A stretch of 32,000 bases of DNA from Candidatus Arthromitus sp. SFB-rat-Yit (GCF_000283555.1 NC_016012.1:1380001-1412000); one strand, 5' to 3'; numbered from the stretch's first letter, positions 11,602 through 25,157 are shown. Notes: generated by a model not told the origin, from the letters alone. Translations and numbers: made by a program.

Positions 11602-12224
11602 TTCGAATACACCTCCTCAAGTTTTTTAAGTGCTCCTTGAGTTATAACAAGCTTATCATACTTTAACAAATCATAAACATTTATATTATTTACAGGAAGT
11701 ACTTTTACGCTTTGTAAATTAGTGCCCGATCTATAAACATTTTTATCAGAAGTTTCAGTAACCAATAACATATTACTGTCTATCTTTAAATTATTCATGA
11801 TCTTAACCATTTCTTTAGTCTTAGGAAAATCAAATGATATTTCATTTAGAACTAATAAATTTTTTTCTTTAAGCTTACTAGTTAATACAGAAGTAATAGC
11901 TGCTCTCCTTAAAGTTTTTGAAATACTCATTCTATAATCCCTTGGTTTAGGTGCAAAAACAACACCACCATGAATCCATTGAGGTGCTCTTATAGATCCC
12001 TGTCTAGCTCTACCTGTACCTTTTTGTCTCCAAGGCTTTTTACCCCCACCAGAAACCTCAGATCTTGTTTTTGCCGAATGAGTTCCTTGCCTTTTATTTG
12101 CCAACTGAGCAACAACAACTTGATGTACAGCATATTTTTTTATTTCCACATCAAACACTTCTTTTAGAAGTTCTAATTCTCCAACTTTTTCTCCACAAAT
12201 ATTATATACCTCTACTTTAGACAT
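11598..12224 (-). CDS. rplD: 50S ribosomal protein L4
   Basis: 208 aa. [28 protein letters not shown] is present. Confidence 0.97.
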   Translation of the reverse strand: MSKVEVYNICGEKVGELELLKEVFDVEIKKYAVHQVVVAQLANKRQGTHSAKTRSEVSGGGKKPWRQKGTGRARQGSIRAPQWIHGGVVFAPKPRDYRMSISKTLRRAAITSVLTSKLKEKNLLVLNEISFDFPKTKEMVKIMNNLKIDSNMLLVTETSDKNVYRSGTNLQSVKVLPVNNINVYDLLKYDKLVITQGALKKLEEVYSN

Positions 12225-12250
12225 CTAATCTCCTCCTTTCATAAAATAAA

Positions 12251-12880
12251 CTATGCTTTTATACAATCCCTGATTTGCACAATTGATCTATTAGGTCCAG
12301 GTATACAACCTTTAATTAATATAATATTTTTTTCCTTAATCACTTGTGCAATTTCAAGATTTTGGATTGTACATTTTTTACCACCCATTCTACCTGGCAT
12401 CTTCTTATTTTTAAATGTTCTTGAAGGATCAGATGACGCACCCATAGAACCCACCGATCTATGAAACTTAGAACCATGTGACATTGGTCCTCTATGTCCA
12501 TTCCACCTCTTTATAGTACCTTGAAAACCTTTTCCTTTAGATTTTCCTATAACATCAACTTTTTCTCCAACTGAAAACAAGTCAACACTGAGTTCATTTC
12601 CAATTTCATAAGAAGAACAATCCTCTAATCTAAGTTCTTTTAAATATCTTTTTATTTCAATTCCTGCTTTTTTAAAGTGTCCTTTTATAGGATTATTAAC
12701 AAGTTTATCTCTTGTAGTTCCATATCCAACCTGTATGGCATCATATCCCTCTTTTTCTTTTGTCTTAATCTGAACCACAATATTAGGCTCAACCAAAACA
12801 ACAGTAACCGGAATCATATTACCATCTTCTATAAAAATTTGCGTCATTCCAATTTTTTGTCCAAAAATCGCCTTTTTCAT
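12251..12880 (-). CDS. rplC: 50S ribosomal protein L3
   Basis: 209 aa. [23 protein letters not shown] and [10 protein letters not shown] are present. Confidence 0.97.
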   Translation of the reverse strand: MKKAIFGQKIGMTQIFIEDGNMIPVTVVLVEPNIVVQIKTKEKEGYDAIQVGYGTTRDKLVNNPIKGHFKKAGIEIKRYLKELRLEDCSSYEIGNELSVDLFSVGEKVDVIGKSKGKGFQGTIKRWNGHRGPMSHGSKFHRSVGSMGASSDPSRTFKNKKMPGRMGGKKCTIQNLEIAQVIKEKNIILIKGCIPGPNRSIVQIRDCIKA

Positions 12881-12940
12881 ATAAATATTCCTCCTTTATG
12901 AGCGGATTAAAAAATTAATCAATCATAAAAAAATCAATTA

Positions 12941-13252
12941 TTATAACTTTAATTCTAAATCAACACCCGTCGGTACGTCTAATCTCATCAAAATATCAAT
13001 AGTTTTAGGTGTAAGATCAACTATATCAAGTAATCTTTTATGTGTTCTTATTTCAAACTGTTCCCTTGAGTCTTTATACTTATGTGGAGATCTCAATATA
13101 GTAACCTTTTCTATTTTTGTTGGTAATGGTATTGGTCCACATACCTTAGCTCCAGTACTATTTGCTACCTCAATTATTTTAAGAACAGTATTGTCAAGCA
13201 TAACATGATCAAATGCTTTTAATTTTATTCTAATTTTCTGTTTTAAACTCAT
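12941..13252 (-). CDS. rpsJ: 30S ribosomal protein S10
   Basis: The track extends to 13285. I place the start at ATG 13250..13252 ([16 protein letters not shown], conserved S10 N-terminus), preceded by AAGGAGGG. Confidence 0.95.
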   Translation of the reverse strand: MSLKQKIRIKLKAFDHVMLDNTVLKIIEVANSTGAKVCGPIPLPTKIEKVTILRSPHKYKDSREQFEIRTHKRLLDIVDLTPKTIDILMRLDVPTGVDLELKL

Positions 13253-13350
13253 TTTTTCCCTCCTTTTATTTCCTTTTATATACATTTTAAAAATAATACT
13301 ATGTGATTATATTCCTGCAATTGTCTACATAATATATGTATAACTACTTA

Positions 13351-13379
13351 ATTATACTATAAATAATATAACAACTCAA
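13351..13379 (-). promoter_or_regulatory. Candidate sigma-A promoter of the S10 operon (TTGAGT-17 nt-TATAAT)
   Basis: On the minus strand, the -35 TTGAGT is at 13374..13379 and the -10 TATAAT at 13351..13356, with an exact 17-nt spacer. It sits downstream of the tuf terminator and about 100 nt upstream of rpsJ. Confidence 0.45.
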
Positions 13380-13406
13380 TAGTTTATTTATTTAAGCAAA
13401 AGTACA

Positions 13407-13433
13407 TAGGGACTAATTAAATATCAGTCCCTA
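13407..13433 (-). terminator. Candidate intrinsic terminator after tuf copy 1
   Basis: The minus-strand RNA has an 8-bp stem, TAGGGACT ... AGTCCCTA, with an 11-nt loop, followed by UGUACUUUUGC. It begins 10 nt after the tuf stop. Confidence 0.5.
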
Positions 13434-14657
13434 CACACAAAACTATTTATTTATTTTAGAAACAACTCCAGATCCTACCGTTCTTCCACCTTCTCTTATA
13501 GCAAATCTTAATCCTTCATCCATTGCTATAGGAGTTATTAACTCAACTTCCATATCTATGTGGTCACCTGGCATTACCATCTCTTTTCCTTCTGGTAATT
13601 TTATATTCCCTGTAACATCTGTTGTTCTAAAATAAAATTGAGGTCTATATCCATCAAAGAAAGGCTTATGTCTCCCACCTTCTTCTTTCTTAAGAACATA
13701 CACCTGCCCTATGAAATTAGTATGTGGGTTCACTGTTCCAGGTTTCGCTAATACCTGACCTCTTTCTATATCAGATCTCTGAATACCCCTTAATAAGGCT
13801 CCTATATTATCTCCTGCCTGTGCTTCATCTAATAATTTCCTAAACATTTCTATACCAGTAATTACTGTCTTGCTCTTCTCTTCTTTTAATCCAATTATTT
13901 CTACCTCTTCTTGTACTTTTAATATTCCTGTTTCTACTCTTCCTGTTGCTACTGTTCCTCTTCCTGTTATAGTAAATACATCCTCAACTGGCATCAAAAA
14001 CGGCTTATCTGTAGCTCTCTCAGGTGTAGGAATATAACTGTCCACCGCATCCATTAATTCCATTATACAAGCCGTAGCTTCAGAGTCAGTAGGATTCTCC
14101 AAAGCTCTCAACGCTGATCCCTTTATAATCGGTGTGTCATCTCCTGGGAATTTATACTCGTTTAATAAATCTCTTACTTCCATCTCTACTAATTCTAATA
14201 ACTCTTCGTCATCAACCATGTCTGCTTTATTCAAAAATACAACTATATAATCAACTCCTACCCTAGAAGCTAATAATATGTGCTCTCTAGTTTGTGGCAT
14301 AGGTCCATCAGCTGCAGATACAACCAATATAGCTCCATCCATTTGCGCTGCTCCTGTTATCATGTTCTTAACGTAATCAGCGTGTCCAGGACAGTCAACA
14401 TGCGCATAATGTCTTCCATCTGTTTCATACTCAACGTGTGCTGTATTTATTGTTATTCCTCTCTCTTTTTCTTCAGGCGCTTTATCTATTTCATCATATT
14501 TAAACGCTTCTGCATACCCTTTATTTGCTAAAACTGTTGTAATAGCTGCTGTCAATGTAGTCTTCCCATGGTCAACATGTCCTATAGTACCTATATTAAC
14601 ATGTGGTTTATTCCTCTCAAATTTAGCTTTTGACATATCTATCAAATACCTCCTATT
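13431..14657. repeat. 1227-bp direct repeat, copy A (tuf plus 12 nt 3' flank and 21 nt 5' flank including the RBS)
   Basis: Base-by-base comparison with 28669..29895 (offset 15238) showed no mismatch. Identity breaks at 13430 vs 28668 and at 14658 vs 29896. Confidence 0.9.
13443..14636 (-). CDS. tuf: Elongation factor Tu (copy 1, str-operon copy)
   Basis: 397 aa from ATG 14634..14636 ([28 protein letters not shown]). The track's upstream TTG is only 3 nt after the SD. G1 to G4 GTPase motifs are present. Lies 16 nt downstream of fusA. Confidence 0.98.
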   Translation of the reverse strand: MSKAKFERNKPHVNIGTIGHVDHGKTTLTAAITTVLANKGYAEAFKYDEIDKAPEEKERGITINTAHVEYETDGRHYAHVDCPGHADYVKNMITGAAQMDGAILVVSAADGPMPQTREHILLASRVGVDYIVVFLNKADMVDDEELLELVEMEVRDLLNEYKFPGDDTPIIKGSALRALENPTDSEATACIMELMDAVDSYIPTPERATDKPFLMPVEDVFTITGRGTVATGRVETGILKVQEEVEIIGLKEEKSKTVITGIEMFRKLLDEAQAGDNIGALLRGIQRSDIERGQVLAKPGTVNPHTNFIGQVYVLKKEEGGRHKPFFDGYRPQFYFRTTDVTGNIKLPEGKEMVMPGDHIDMEVELITPIAMDEGLRFAIREGGRTVGSGVVSKINK

Positions 14658-16713
14658 TATTCTTAATTATTTGTTCTTGAATATTTTTAGGAACCTCATC
14701 ATAATGATCAAACTCCATACTGTAAGTACCTCTTCCTTGGGTTCTAGATCTTAAAACTGTAGCATATCCAAACATCTCAGACATAGGAACTTGAGCTTTT
14801 ATTATTTGTGCTCCAAATCTTGCTTCCATTCCCTCTATTCTTCCTCTACGTGAATTTAAATCACCCATAACATCTCCCATATACTCTTCAGGTACGGTTA
14901 CTTCTACTTTCACTATAGGTTCTAACAATACAGGATCTGCTTTAGCCATACCATTTTTAAATGCCATAGAACCAGCAAATTCAAATGCCATTTCAGAGGA
15001 ATCAACATCATGATATGATCCATCATGTAATTTAACCTTAAAATTAATTGTTGGATATCCTCCTATAACTCCATTAAGTGCTGCATTTCTAATACCATTA
15101 TCAACAGCTGGTATATATTCTTTTGGTATAACTCCACCAACTATCGCATTTTCAAACTCATAATCACCTATACATGGTATAAGATCTATAACGCAATGTC
15201 CGTATTGACCTCTACCTCCTGACTGCCTTATATACTTTCCTTCACATGTAACTTGTTTTCTTATTGTTTCTTTATAAGCAACCTGAGGTTTACCTACATT
15301 GCACTCAACCTTAAACTCTCTTTGTAATCTATCTACAATAATTTCAAGATGTAATTCGCCCATTCCAGATATTATAGTTTGATTTGTTTCCTGATCAGTA
15401 TATGTTTTAAATGTAGGATCTTCTTCTGCTAATTTAGCCAAAGATAACCCCATTTTTTCCTGACTAGCCTTAGTCTTAGGTTCTATAGCTACAGATATAA
15501 CTGGTTCTGGAAATTCCATATTCTCAAGTATAATTTTGTTTGCATCATCACATAAAGTATCTCCAGTTGTCGTATCTTTTAATCCAACAATAGCTCCTAA
15601 ATCTCCAGCTCTTAATTCATCTACTTCTTGCCTGTTATTAGCATGCATCTTTAGAAGCCTTCCAATTCTTTCTTTTTTCCCTTTTGTAGAATTATAAACG
15701 TAAGATCCACTTTTTAACACACCAGAATAAACCCTAGTATATGCAAGTCTTCCAATAAACGGATCAGTTTGTATTTTAAAAGCCAATGCTGACATAGGTG
15801 CATCATCACTTGCTTCTCTTGAATCCTCATTTCCTTCTAAATCAACACCTTTTACAGCATCAATATCAAGTGGTGACGGTAAATATTCAACAGCGGCATC
15901 TATCATTTCTTGAACACCTTTATTTTTATAAGAAGATCCACATATAACAGGTATCACTTGTATAGAAATAACAGCTCTTCTAAGGGCAGCTTTTAATTCA
16001 TCAGAACTTATTTCTTCACCATCTAAGAACTTCATCATAAGTTCTTCATCTGTTTCAGCTATAGCTTCAATCATAAGTTCCCTATATTTATTAGCATCAT
16101 CTTTATAATCTTCTGGTATATTTTCTCTTGAAATCTCAGTCCCCAAATCATTTTTATAAATTATTGCTACATTTTCAATTAAATCAATCATTCCCTTAAA
16201 CTCTGATTCACTACCTATAGGTATTTGTACAGGAACTGCGTTAGCTCTTAATCTATTTTTTATTGAATCTACACAATTATAAAAATTGGCACCTGTAGCA
16301 TCCATTTTATTAACATAAACTATTCTAGGCACTCTATATTTATCTGCTTGCCTCCAAACAGTTTCAGTTTGGGGTTCAACACCACTTTTAGCATCAAGAA
16401 CAGTTACGGCTCCATCTAAAACTCTCAACGATCTCTCTACCTCAACTGTAAAGTCAACGTGTCCAGGAGTATCTATTATGTTAATTACATAATCTTTCCA
16501 TTGACAAGTTGTAGCCGCTGAAGTTATCGTTATACCTCTTTCTTGTTCTTGAACCATCCAGTCCATTGTAGCCTGACCTTCATGCACTTCACCTATTTTA
16601 TGTGTTTTACCTGTATAAAATAAAATTCTCTCTGTTGTAGTAGTTTTACCAGCATCTATATGAGCCATAATTCCTATATTTCTAAATTTTTCTAAAACAA
16701 ATTCTCTAGCCAT
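14653..16713 (-). CDS. fusA: Elongation factor G
   Basis: 686 aa. [23 protein letters not shown] and NKMD are present. The TAG stop overlaps the tuf Shine-Dalgarno (TAGGAGG). Confidence 0.98.
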   Translation of the reverse strand: MAREFVLEKFRNIGIMAHIDAGKTTTTERILFYTGKTHKIGEVHEGQATMDWMVQEQERGITITSAATTCQWKDYVINIIDTPGHVDFTVEVERSLRVLDGAVTVLDAKSGVEPQTETVWRQADKYRVPRIVYVNKMDATGANFYNCVDSIKNRLRANAVPVQIPIGSESEFKGMIDLIENVAIIYKNDLGTEISRENIPEDYKDDANKYRELMIEAIAETDEELMMKFLDGEEISSDELKAALRRAVISIQVIPVICGSSYKNKGVQEMIDAAVEYLPSPLDIDAVKGVDLEGNEDSREASDDAPMSALAFKIQTDPFIGRLAYTRVYSGVLKSGSYVYNSTKGKKERIGRLLKMHANNRQEVDELRAGDLGAIVGLKDTTTGDTLCDDANKIILENMEFPEPVISVAIEPKTKASQEKMGLSLAKLAEEDPTFKTYTDQETNQTIISGMGELHLEIIVDRLQREFKVECNVGKPQVAYKETIRKQVTCEGKYIRQSGGRGQYGHCVIDLIPCIGDYEFENAIVGGVIPKEYIPAVDNGIRNAALNGVIGGYPTINFKVKLHDGSYHDVDSSEMAFEFAGSMAFKNGMAKADPVLLEPIVKVEVTVPEEYMGDVMGDLNSRRGRIEGMEARFGAQIIKAQVPMSEMFGYATVLRSRTQGRGTYSMEFDHYDEVPKNIQEQIIKNK

Positions 16714-16772
16714 AATCCGCCTCCTTCAATATGCGTTTTATATATTATCAAAAAGTATAGATAGTAACAAAA

Positions 16773-16799
16773 CTGTTTTGATCATTACAACCAAAACAG
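16773..16799 (-). terminator. Candidate attenuator or weak intrinsic terminator between rpsG and fusA
   Basis: 8-bp stem CUGUUUUG ... CAAAACAG with an 11-nt loop, followed on the minus strand by UUUUGUUAC. The stem is AT-rich, so it is probably only partially efficient if functional. Confidence 0.3.
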
Positions 16800-16814
16800 C
16801 AAATAACAAACACT

Positions 16815-17318
<504 letters not shown>

Positions 17319-17365
17319 TCATCGGTACTCGACTAAATTGCCGTAAAGCCAAATTATATACATGA

Positions 17366-17749
17366 TTATTTAGCAGCCTTTTTTGCCTTCTTAGTTCCAT
17401 ATTTCGATCTTGCTTGCATTTTATCTTGAACTCCTGAAGAATCAAGAGCACCTCTTATTATATGATATCTAACACCTGGTAGGTCTTTTACCCTTCCACC
17501 TCTTATTAATACAACACTGTGTTCTTGTAAATTATGTCCTTCTCCAGGTATGTACGCAGTAACCTCATAACCATTACTCAACCTAACCCTAGCAACTTTT
17601 CTTAAAGCTGAATTAGGTTTTTTAGGAGTCATAGTTTTAACTAATGTACAAACTCCTCTAACCTGCGGGCATCCTTTCATCGCTGGAGCTGTTGATTTAT
17701 AGGCTACTTTCTTTCTACCATTTCTAATCAACTGATTAATAGTTGGCAA
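17366..17749 (-). CDS. rpsL: 30S ribosomal protein S12
   Basis: The track starts at GTG 17758 ([10 protein letters not shown]). The TTG at 17747..17749 gives the conserved MPTINQLIR, 8 nt after AAGGGG. The [11 protein letters not shown] and [14 protein letters not shown] motifs are intact. Confidence 0.93.
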   Translation of the reverse strand: MPTINQLIRNGRKKVAYKSTAPAMKGCPQVRGVCTLVKTMTPKKPNSALRKVARVRLSNGYEVTAYIPGEGHNLQEHSVVLIRGGRVKDLPGVRYHIIRGALDSSGVQDKMQARSKYGTKKAKKAAK

Positions 17750-17834
17750 TATTATCACCCCTTTTTATTATTAACTAAACTTGAACAAAATAAATAAAAC
17801 CTTTTACCAAATGAATTAATTGTATAACCTAGAT

Positions 17835-17863
17835 ATTTTAACACCTAAGATATATTAAGTCAA
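17835..17863 (-). promoter_or_regulatory. Candidate sigma-A promoter of the str operon (TTGACT-17 nt-TAAAAT, with TGn extended -10)
   Basis: On the minus strand, the -35 TTGACT is at 17858..17863 and the -10 TAAAAT at 17835..17840, with a 17-nt spacer ending in TGT. It sits just downstream of the rpoC stop and about 85 nt upstream of rpsL. Confidence 0.5.
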
Positions 17864-17877
17864 TATATTAGAAAATA

Positions 17878-20800
17878 TCAAGTCATATCATATTCGATAT
17901 TTTCCTCATCTCCATAATTTACTTTCATAGATCTATAATGATTCATACCCGTACCTGCTGGTATTAACTTTCCTATTATTACATTTTCTTTCAGACCTAC
18001 TAAAGGATCTATTTTGCCTTTTATTGCTGCGTCAGTTAATACTTTTGTAGTTTCTTGAAATGATGCTGCTGACAAGAAAGACTCAGTAGATAGAGAAGCT
18101 TTTGTTATTCCCAATAAAACTCTCTCACATTCTGCTTCATTAAGCCCTTCTTTTTTAACTCTCATATTTTCATCATTAAAATATGATATGTCTACAATAG
18201 AATTTGGGAGTATATCTGTATCTCCAGCTTCTATAACTCTAACTTTTCTAGTCATCTGCTTTATTATTACTTCAAGATGTTTGTCATTTATATCAACACC
18301 TTGTAATCTATAAACCTTTTGTACCTCAGATAATAAATACTCTCTAACAGCATCTATACCCTTTATTCTTAGTATATCCTGAGGATTTATAGATCCCTCA
18401 GTAATTATAGAACCCGCTTCTATACTCATACCATTGTCAACCTTTACTCTGGATCCAAAGGGTATATCATATTCTATAACCTCACCATCATTTGATATAA
18501 TTTTAACAACTCTCTTCTTCTTAGTATTTTCAAATTCTACAATACCCGATATCTCTGAAACTATTGCAAGTCCTTTAGGCTTCCTAGCCTCAAACAATTC
18601 TTCAACTCTTGGTAACCCCTGTGTTATATCAGCACCAACAACTCCACCCGTATGAAAAGTTCTCATTGTGAGCTGTGTTCCAGGTTCTCCAATAGATTGT
18701 GCGGCGATTATACCAACTGATTCTCCTATATTAATTTCTCTAGCTGTAGCCATATTCATGCCATAACATTTAGCACAAACACCAATTCTAGAATCACAAG
18801 TGAATACACTTCTTATTTTAACTCTCAATATCTTTTCAGTTTCATCTCTATTATCATCTTCATTAATATCAGATATAATTTTAGCTATATCATTTGTTAT
18901 GTATTGATCCCTTTTTATTAATATATTATTAGTTTTAGGGTCAAGTATATCTTCAGCTACATATCTCCCTATAAGCCTTTCGCTTAAACTCTCAACAACG
19001 GAATTATCATCCTTAATTTCGCTCACATAAATACCATCTAAAGTTCCACAATCTTCACTTCTTATTATAACATCTTGACTAACATCAACTAGACGTCTTG
19101 TTAAATATCCAGAGTCAGCTGTTTTTAAGGCTGTATCTGCATTTCCCTTCCTAGCTCCATGTGTTGACGTAAAATATTCTAATACATCGAGCCCCTCTCT
19201 AAAAGAAGCCTTTATTGGAAGCTCTATTATCTTACCTGATGGATTGCTCATAAGTCCTCTCATACCAGCAAGTTGTTTTATTTGACTTTTAGAACCTCTA
19301 GCCCCAGAATCAGCCATCATAGATATAGGATTAAATTTATCCATACTATTCATAAGAACATCTGCTATTTTATCAGTTGTGCTATTCCAAATTTCTATAA
19401 CTGAATTATATCTTTCATCCTCTGTCATAAGTCCACGTCTAAATTTCTTACTTACTATATCAACTTTTTCTTCTGATTCTTTAATTATACTTTCCTTTTC
19501 CTTTGGAACTATCATATCAGATGCAGCAACCGTTATTGCCCCTATAGTTGAATAATGATATCCCTTTGTTTTAATTTGATCAAGCATAGATGCTGTTTCA
19601 GATGGTCCATATTTTAAATAACATCTATCAACTATCTCTGTTAGTTTACTTTTATTAACAAGAAAGTCTATCTCAAATTTAAACAAATTCTCTTCTTTAT
19701 CTCTATCAACAAATCCAAGATCCTGAGGTATTGATTCATTAAATATGATTTTGCCAACAGTTGTTTCTATTAGCTTAGTCTTTGTTTCTCCATCTATATT
19801 TTTTTTAACTTTAAGCTTTATCTTTTCATGTATATTTAAATATCCTAATTCAAAAGCCATTATAGCCTCCTCCGAATTAGAATAAGATTTTATATTTTCT
19901 TGATCAAATTTCGGATTATCCATTGTCAAATAATACGATCCTAAAATCATATCTTGAGATGGAACACACACTGGTTTACCATCAGAAGGCTTTAATATAT
20001 TAACAGCAGCTAACATTAAAAACCTAGCCTCTGCTTGTGCTTCCATGGATAATGGAACGTGCACAGCCATTTGATCTCCGTCAAAATCAGCATTATAAGC
20101 TGTGCAAACAAGCGGATGCAATTTTATAGCTCTTCCTTCAACTAAAACTGGTTGAAAAGCTTGAATTCCTAATCTATGTAATGTTGGAGCCCTATTTAAT
20201 AAAACTGGATGATCTGTTATAACTTCCTCTAAAATATCCCAAACTTGATTCATATTTTTTTCAACCATTCTTTTTGCTGCTTTAATATTATGAGCGATTC
20301 CTGAATCTACTAATTTTTTCATTACAAATGGTTTGAAAAGTTCTAATGCCATTTCCTTAGGTAATCCACATTGATAAAGTTTTAATTCTGGTCCAACAAC
20401 TATTACAGATCTTCCAGAATAGTCAACGCGTTTACCTAAAAGATTTTGTCTAAATCTACCTTGCTTCCCTTTAAGCATATCTGATAAAGATTTGAGCGGT
20501 CTATTACCTGGTCCAGTTACAGGTCTACCCCTTCTACCATTATCTATTAGAGCATCAACAGATTCTTGAAGCATCCTTTTTTCATTTCTGACTATTATAT
20601 CAGGTGCTTTTAAATCCAACAATTTTTTTAATCTATTATTTCTATTTATAACCCTTCTATATAAATCATTTAAATCAGATGTAGCAAATCTTCCTCCATC
20701 TAACATGACCATCGGTCTAAGTTCAGGTGGTATAACTGGTATAACGTCTATTATCATCCATTCTGGTCTATTATTAGATTTTCTAAAAGACTCAACAACT

Positions 20801-21441
20801 TCAAGTCTTCTAATTATTCTTGCCCTTTTTTGTCCAGTACTATTTTTCAACTCTTCTTTAAGTTTAGTTGATAAACTATCTAAATCCAAATCCATAAGAA
20901 GCTGTTTTATAGCCTCAGCCCCCATACCAACTTCAAATGAACCTTCTCCAAATTTTTCACTATACTCTCTAAAATCTTTTTCTGATAATATTTGTCCTTT
21001 TTGCAATACACTTACTTCCTTCGGATCCAATATAACGTATGAAGCAAAATAAAGTATTTTTTCCAAAACTCTCGCTTGCATTTCAAGCAATAATGCCATC
21101 TTTGAAGGAGTACCTTTAAAATACCATATATGAGATACAGATGTTGCTAATTCAATATGCCCCATTCTTTCACGTCTAACTTTTGACTTAGTAACCTCAA
21201 CACCACATCTATCACAAACAATACCTTTATATCTAACTCTTTTATACTTTCCGCAATGACACTCCCAGTCTTTTGTAGGTCCAAATATTCTTTCACAAAA
21301 AAGACCATCTCTTTCTGGTTTTAAAGTTCTATAATTTATGGTCTCAGGCTTCTTCACCTCTCCCCTAGACCATTCTCTAATTTGTTCAGGAGATGCTAAA
21401 CCTATTCTTATGGCATCAAAATTATTTAATTCAACCACCAA
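17878..21441 (-). CDS. rpoC: DNA-directed RNA polymerase subunit beta'
   Basis: About 1187 aa. The zinc-binding CHCGKYK...CDRCGVEV and the catalytic [12 protein letters not shown] are present. The start is ambiguous: GTG 21450 (track), TTG 21441 (8 nt after GGAG, preferred) or GTG 21438. The conserved N-terminus begins around [21 protein letters not shown]. Confidence 0.95.
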   Translation of the reverse strand: MVVELNNFDAIRIGLASPEQIREWSRGEVKKPETINYRTLKPERDGLFCERIFGPTKDWECHCGKYKRVRYKGIVCDRCGVEVTKSKVRRERMGHIELATSVSHIWYFKGTPSKMALLLEMQARVLEKILYFASYVILDPKEVSVLQKGQILSEKDFREYSEKFGEGSFEVGMGAEAIKQLLMDLDLDSLSTKLKEELKNSTGQKRARIIRRLEVVESFRKSNNRPEWMIIDVIPVIPPELRPMVMLDGGRFATSDLNDLYRRVINRNNRLKKLLDLKAPDIIVRNEKRMLQESVDALIDNGRRGRPVTGPGNRPLKSLSDMLKGKQGRFRQNLLGKRVDYSGRSVIVVGPELKLYQCGLPKEMALELFKPFVMKKLVDSGIAHNIKAAKRMVEKNMNQVWDILEEVITDHPVLLNRAPTLHRLGIQAFQPVLVEGRAIKLHPLVCTAYNADFDGDQMAVHVPLSMEAQAEARFLMLAAVNILKPSDGKPVCVPSQDMILGSYYLTMDNPKFDQENIKSYSNSEEAIMAFELGYLNIHEKIKLKVKKNIDGETKTKLIETTVGKIIFNESIPQDLGFVDRDKEENLFKFEIDFLVNKSKLTEIVDRCYLKYGPSETASMLDQIKTKGYHYSTIGAITVAASDMIVPKEKESIIKESEEKVDIVSKKFRRGLMTEDERYNSVIEIWNSTTDKIADVLMNSMDKFNPISMMADSGARGSKSQIKQLAGMRGLMSNPSGKIIELPIKASFREGLDVLEYFTSTHGARKGNADTALKTADSGYLTRRLVDVSQDVIIRSEDCGTLDGIYVSEIKDDNSVVESLSERLIGRYVAEDILDPKTNNILIKRDQYITNDIAKIISDINEDDNRDETEKILRVKIRSVFTCDSRIGVCAKCYGMNMATAREINIGESVGIIAAQSIGEPGTQLTMRTFHTGGVVGADITQGLPRVEELFEARKPKGLAIVSEISGIVEFENTKKKRVVKIISNDGEVIEYDIPFGSRVKVDNGMSIEAGSIITEGSINPQDILRIKGIDAVREYLLSEVQKVYRLQGVDINDKHLEVIIKQMTRKVRVIEAGDTDILPNSIVDISYFNDENMRVKKEGLNEAECERVLLGITKASLSTESFLSAASFQETTKVLTDAAIKGKIDPLVGLKENVIIGKLIPAGTGMNHYRSMKVNYGDEENIEYDMT

Positions 21442-21458
21442 TAAATACACTCCTTATC

Positions 21459-24400
21459 TTAATAATCATCATCAGAAATAAATTCCTCAGCATTCATAAT
21501 GTCTTCTGTTAACAATACATCATCAAGTTCATCTTCATCATCTTCTTCCTGATAATCAGAAATTTCTGATTCAGGCAATTCTCTAGTTTCCTCATATTTT
21601 ATAGAATCTTCAAAAGATACATCTATATCGCTCATTTCATCTTCTAAAGTTTCTTTAATCTCTATCTCTTCATAATTTTCATTTAAAACTTTTATATTTA
21701 AACATAATGCCTGTAATTCTTTTATTAAAACTTTAAATGACTCCGGAACTCCAGGCTCAGGTATATTTTCACCTTTCACAATTGCTTCATACGTCTTAAC
21801 TCTACCAACAATATCATCAGATTTTACGGTCAATATTTCTTGCAACATATGAGCTGCTCCATAAGCTTCTAATGCCCAAACTTCCATTTCTCCAAATCTT
21901 TGTCCTCCAAATTGTGCTTTACCTCCAAGAGGTTGTTGAGTTACTAAAGAATACGGTCCTGTTGATCTTGCATGTATCTTATCATCAACCAAATGGGCAA
22001 GTTTTAATATATACATATATCCCACTGTAACTCTATTATCAAACGCTTCACCAGTTCTTCCATCATATAGCGTTAATTTGCCATCTTTATTAAACCCGGC
22101 ATCTTCTAAACATTGTTCAATTTCTTCCTTTGTAGCCCCATTAAATACAGGTGTCGCAACATGCCATCCCTGAGCACTAGCAGCAAGACCCAAATGAACC
22201 TCCAAAACCTGACCTATATTCATACGACTAGGAACTCCAAGAGGATTCAAACAAATTTGAAGAGGTGTCCCATCAGGTAAAAACGGCATATCTTCTTCAG
22301 GTAAAACTCTAGAAATAACCCCTTTATTTCCATGACGACCAGCCATTTTATCTCCAACTGATATTTTTCTTTTTTGCGCTATATAACATCTAACTAACTG
22401 ATTAACCCCAGGAGATAATTCATCGCCGTTTTCACGGGTAAATATTTTAACATCAACTATTATTCCTTGCTCACCATGTGGAACTTTTAAAGAAGTATCT
22501 CTAACTTCTCTTGCCTTTTCACCAAAAATAGCTCTTAAAAGTCTTTCTTCAGCAGTAAGCTCAGTTTCACCCTTGGGTGTAACTTTACCTACAAGTATAT
22601 CTCCCGTTCTAACTTCAGATCCTATTTTTATTATACCGTTTGAATCTAAATCTTTTATAGCATCCTCACCAACATTAGGTATATCTCGAGTTATTTCCTC
22701 TGGTCCTAATTTTGTATCACGAGAATCACATTCATATTCTTCTATATGTATAGATGTAAACACATCATCTCTAACAAGTTGTTCAGATATAAGCATTGCA
22801 TCTTCATAATTATATCCTTCCCAAGTTATAAAACCTATTTTTATATTTTTACCTAAAGCAATTTCTCCAAAATCAGTAGATGGTCCATCCGCTAAAACAC
22901 ACCCAGCCTCTACAAAATCACCTTTACTCACAATAGGTTTTTGATTAATACATGTGCCTTGATTGGATCTCTTAAATTTTAAAAGTTTGTATATATCTAC
23001 TCCACTATCGAATTCCCTCTTTACTTTTATCTCTTGAGAACTTACATAACTAACTGTTCCTGAATTCTTAGCTTTAACTAAAACACCTGAATCTATAGCA
23101 GCCTTATATTCTATACCAGTTCCAACTATTGGTGCACTCGCCTTAAGTAATGGTACGGCTTGACGTTGCATGTTGGATCCCATAAGTGCTCTAGTAGCAT
23201 CATCATTTTCTAAAAATGGAATCATAGAAGTAGCAACAGATACAATTTGCCTAGGAGATATATCTAAATAATCTACCTTATCTGACGATACTAATAACAT
23301 ACCTTCTTTACTTCTAACAACAATTCTGGAATTTATAAATTCTCCATCATCAGAAATAAGTTCATTAGATTGAGCTATTAAATATTGATCTTCTTCATCA
23401 GCTGTCATATATATAATCTCGTTTGTAACTTTACCAGTTTCTTTATTAACTTTTCTATACGGCGTCTCTATAAATCCATAATTATTAACTTTAGCATAAG
23501 TTGCAAGAGAATTTATAAGTCCTATATTAGGTCCTTCAGGAGTTTCTATGGGACACATCCTTCCATAATGCGAATTGTGAACATCCCTAACTTCAAATCC
23601 AGCCCTATCTCTAGATAACCCACCAGGTCCTAAAGCAGACAATCTTCTCTTATTAGTAAGCTCTGATAATGGATTTGTTTGATCCATAAATTGAGAAAGT
23701 TGTGAACTTCCAAAAAATTCTTTAACAGCAGCTGCAACAGGTCTAATATTAATAAGATTTTGAGGTGTTATCATTTCAGGTTCAATAGACATCATTCTTT
23801 CTTTTATATTTCTTTCCATTCTAACCAAACCAACCCTAAATTGGTTTTGTAAAAGCTCACCTACAGATCTTAATCTTCTATTCCCTAAATGATCTATATC
23901 ATCTTCATATCCAACACCGCTAGTAAGTCCAAGTATATAACTTATGGTTGAAAAAATATCATCTATCGTTATATACTTAGGTATTAGATCATGTATATTC
24001 CTAATTAATTCTTTTTTAATTTCATCGGTTGATGAACAATTATCTAAAATAGACTTAAGAACAGGATAATAAACATAATCAGCAATACCAATCTCATTCG
24101 AATCAAAATCTATAAACTCATTTATGTTAACCCAATTATTCCCAACAACCTTAACATTTTTATTATCTATCAATAAATCCACGGAGTTTATACCAGAATC
24201 TTGAATCTTGTAACTAATTTCTCTAGTTATTTTCTCACCTTTTTCAATTAATATTTCTCCAGTTATAGGATCTAAAATATCATTAAAAGAGATATGATTA
24301 ACAATTCTATTGCTTAGAGATAACTTTTTATTAAACTTATATCTACCAACTTTTGATAAATCATATTTTTTAGGATCAAAAAAGTATTGATCTATCAAAT

Positions 24401-25157
24401 TTTTTGCACTCTCAGCTGTAGCTGGTTCCGAAGGTTTTAACTTATCATATATTTTTATAAGAGCCTGTTCTTGATTCTCTGAATCATCTTTATTTAATGT
24501 ATTTTGTAAACGCTCATCATTCCCAAAATAAGCTATAATTTCCTCAGATGATGAAATCCCTAAAGCCTTTATAAACCATGTTATGTACAACTTTTTTTGC
24601 TTATCGATTCTAACATATAATACTTCGTTAGAGTCTGTTTCATATTCAATCCAAGCTCCTCGATTAGGTATAACGCTAGATGAAAATAATTTTTTGCCGT
24701 TTTTATCGACTTCATAATTATAATAAACCCCAGGAGATCTAACTAATTGACTTACTATTACACGTTCAGCACCATTTATAATAAATGTTCCCTGAGGTGT
24801 CATTCTAGGTAAATCTCCCATAAATACCTCTTGCTCTTTAAGTTCTCCGGTATCTAAATTTTGCAATCTAACCTTAACTTTTAATGGAGCAGCATATATA
24901 GCATCTCTTTCCTTACATTCTTCCATATTGTATTTAGTAGCAGAAACATCTAACCTAAAATCAATAAATTCCAACACATGTTTACCATTAAAACTTTTTA
25001 TAGGATTTATATCTCTAAATACTTCTAACAATCCTTCTTTTAAAAACCAATCATAAGAATTTAACTGCACTTCTATAAGATTCGGCATATCAATTATATC
25101 CTTAACTTTACCGAAACTCATTCTTGTTCTTTTACCTACCTTAAGAGGATATATCAT
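21459..25157 (-). CDS. rpoB: DNA-directed RNA polymerase subunit beta
   Basis: 1232 aa from ATG 25155..25157 ([15 protein letters not shown]), 8 nt after AGGAG. The track's GTG at 25166 overlaps the SD. The rifampicin cluster [33 protein letters not shown] is present, with an acidic C-terminal tail. Confidence 0.98.
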   Translation of the reverse strand: MIYPLKVGKRTRMSFGKVKDIIDMPNLIEVQLNSYDWFLKEGLLEVFRDINPIKSFNGKHVLEFIDFRLDVSATKYNMEECKERDAIYAAPLKVKVRLQNLDTGELKEQEVFMGDLPRMTPQGTFIINGAERVIVSQLVRSPGVYYNYEVDKNGKKLFSSSVIPNRGAWIEYETDSNEVLYVRIDKQKKLYITWFIKALGISSSEEIIAYFGNDERLQNTLNKDDSENQEQALIKIYDKLKPSEPATAESAKNLIDQYFFDPKKYDLSKVGRYKFNKKLSLSNRIVNHISFNDILDPITGEILIEKGEKITREISYKIQDSGINSVDLLIDNKNVKVVGNNWVNINEFIDFDSNEIGIADYVYYPVLKSILDNCSSTDEIKKELIRNIHDLIPKYITIDDIFSTISYILGLTSGVGYEDDIDHLGNRRLRSVGELLQNQFRVGLVRMERNIKERMMSIEPEMITPQNLINIRPVAAAVKEFFGSSQLSQFMDQTNPLSELTNKRRLSALGPGGLSRDRAGFEVRDVHNSHYGRMCPIETPEGPNIGLINSLATYAKVNNYGFIETPYRKVNKETGKVTNEIIYMTADEEDQYLIAQSNELISDDGEFINSRIVVRSKEGMLLVSSDKVDYLDISPRQIVSVATSMIPFLENDDATRALMGSNMQRQAVPLLKASAPIVGTGIEYKAAIDSGVLVKAKNSGTVSYVSSQEIKVKREFDSGVDIYKLLKFKRSNQGTCINQKPIVSKGDFVEAGCVLADGPSTDFGEIALGKNIKIGFITWEGYNYEDAMLISEQLVRDDVFTSIHIEEYECDSRDTKLGPEEITRDIPNVGEDAIKDLDSNGIIKIGSEVRTGDILVGKVTPKGETELTAEERLLRAIFGEKAREVRDTSLKVPHGEQGIIVDVKIFTRENGDELSPGVNQLVRCYIAQKRKISVGDKMAGRHGNKGVISRVLPEEDMPFLPDGTPLQICLNPLGVPSRMNIGQVLEVHLGLAASAQGWHVATPVFNGATKEEIEQCLEDAGFNKDGKLTLYDGRTGEAFDNRVTVGYMYILKLAHLVDDKIHARSTGPYSLVTQQPLGGKAQFGGQRFGEMEVWALEAYGAAHMLQEILTVKSDDIVGRVKTYEAIVKGENIPEPGVPESFKVLIKELQALCLNIKVLNENYEEIEIKETLEDEMSDIDVSFEDSIKYEETRELPESEISDYQEEDDEDELDDVLLTEDIMNAEEFISDDDY

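Noticed and set aside
14280-14531. An 83-aa plus-strand ORF that occurs twice with identical sequence (also at 29518..29769). This could be mistaken for a conserved antisense gene.
   Set aside because: Its duplication is an automatic consequence of lying inside the perfect tuf repeat. It is antisense to the EF-Tu GTPase domain and has a shadow-ORF composition.
17366-17749. I checked S12 for streptomycin-resistance substitutions, and also the L4 loop ([12 protein letters not shown]), the L22 loop and the L11 N-terminal domain for antibiotic-resistance changes.
   Set aside because: The S12 motifs [11 protein letters not shown] and [10 protein letters not shown] are wild-type, and the other loops also look canonical. 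Only the RpoB His to Asn change stood out.
17759-17877. There is no L7Ae-family gene (ybxF/rplGB type) between rpoC and rpsL, although some Firmicutes carry one there.
   Set aside because: The 119-nt gap has no ORF and is well explained by a promoter for rpsL. Presence of that gene varies among lineages, so its absence is unremarkable.
21459-21680. A highly acidic C-terminal tail of about 70 aa on RpoB (…[14 protein letters not shown]…[14 protein letters not shown]…SDDDY).
   Set aside because: Acidic C-terminal extensions of the beta subunit are common in Firmicutes. From memory, Bacillus RpoB also ends in a Glu/Asp-rich tail. This is not evidence of a fusion or a novel domain.
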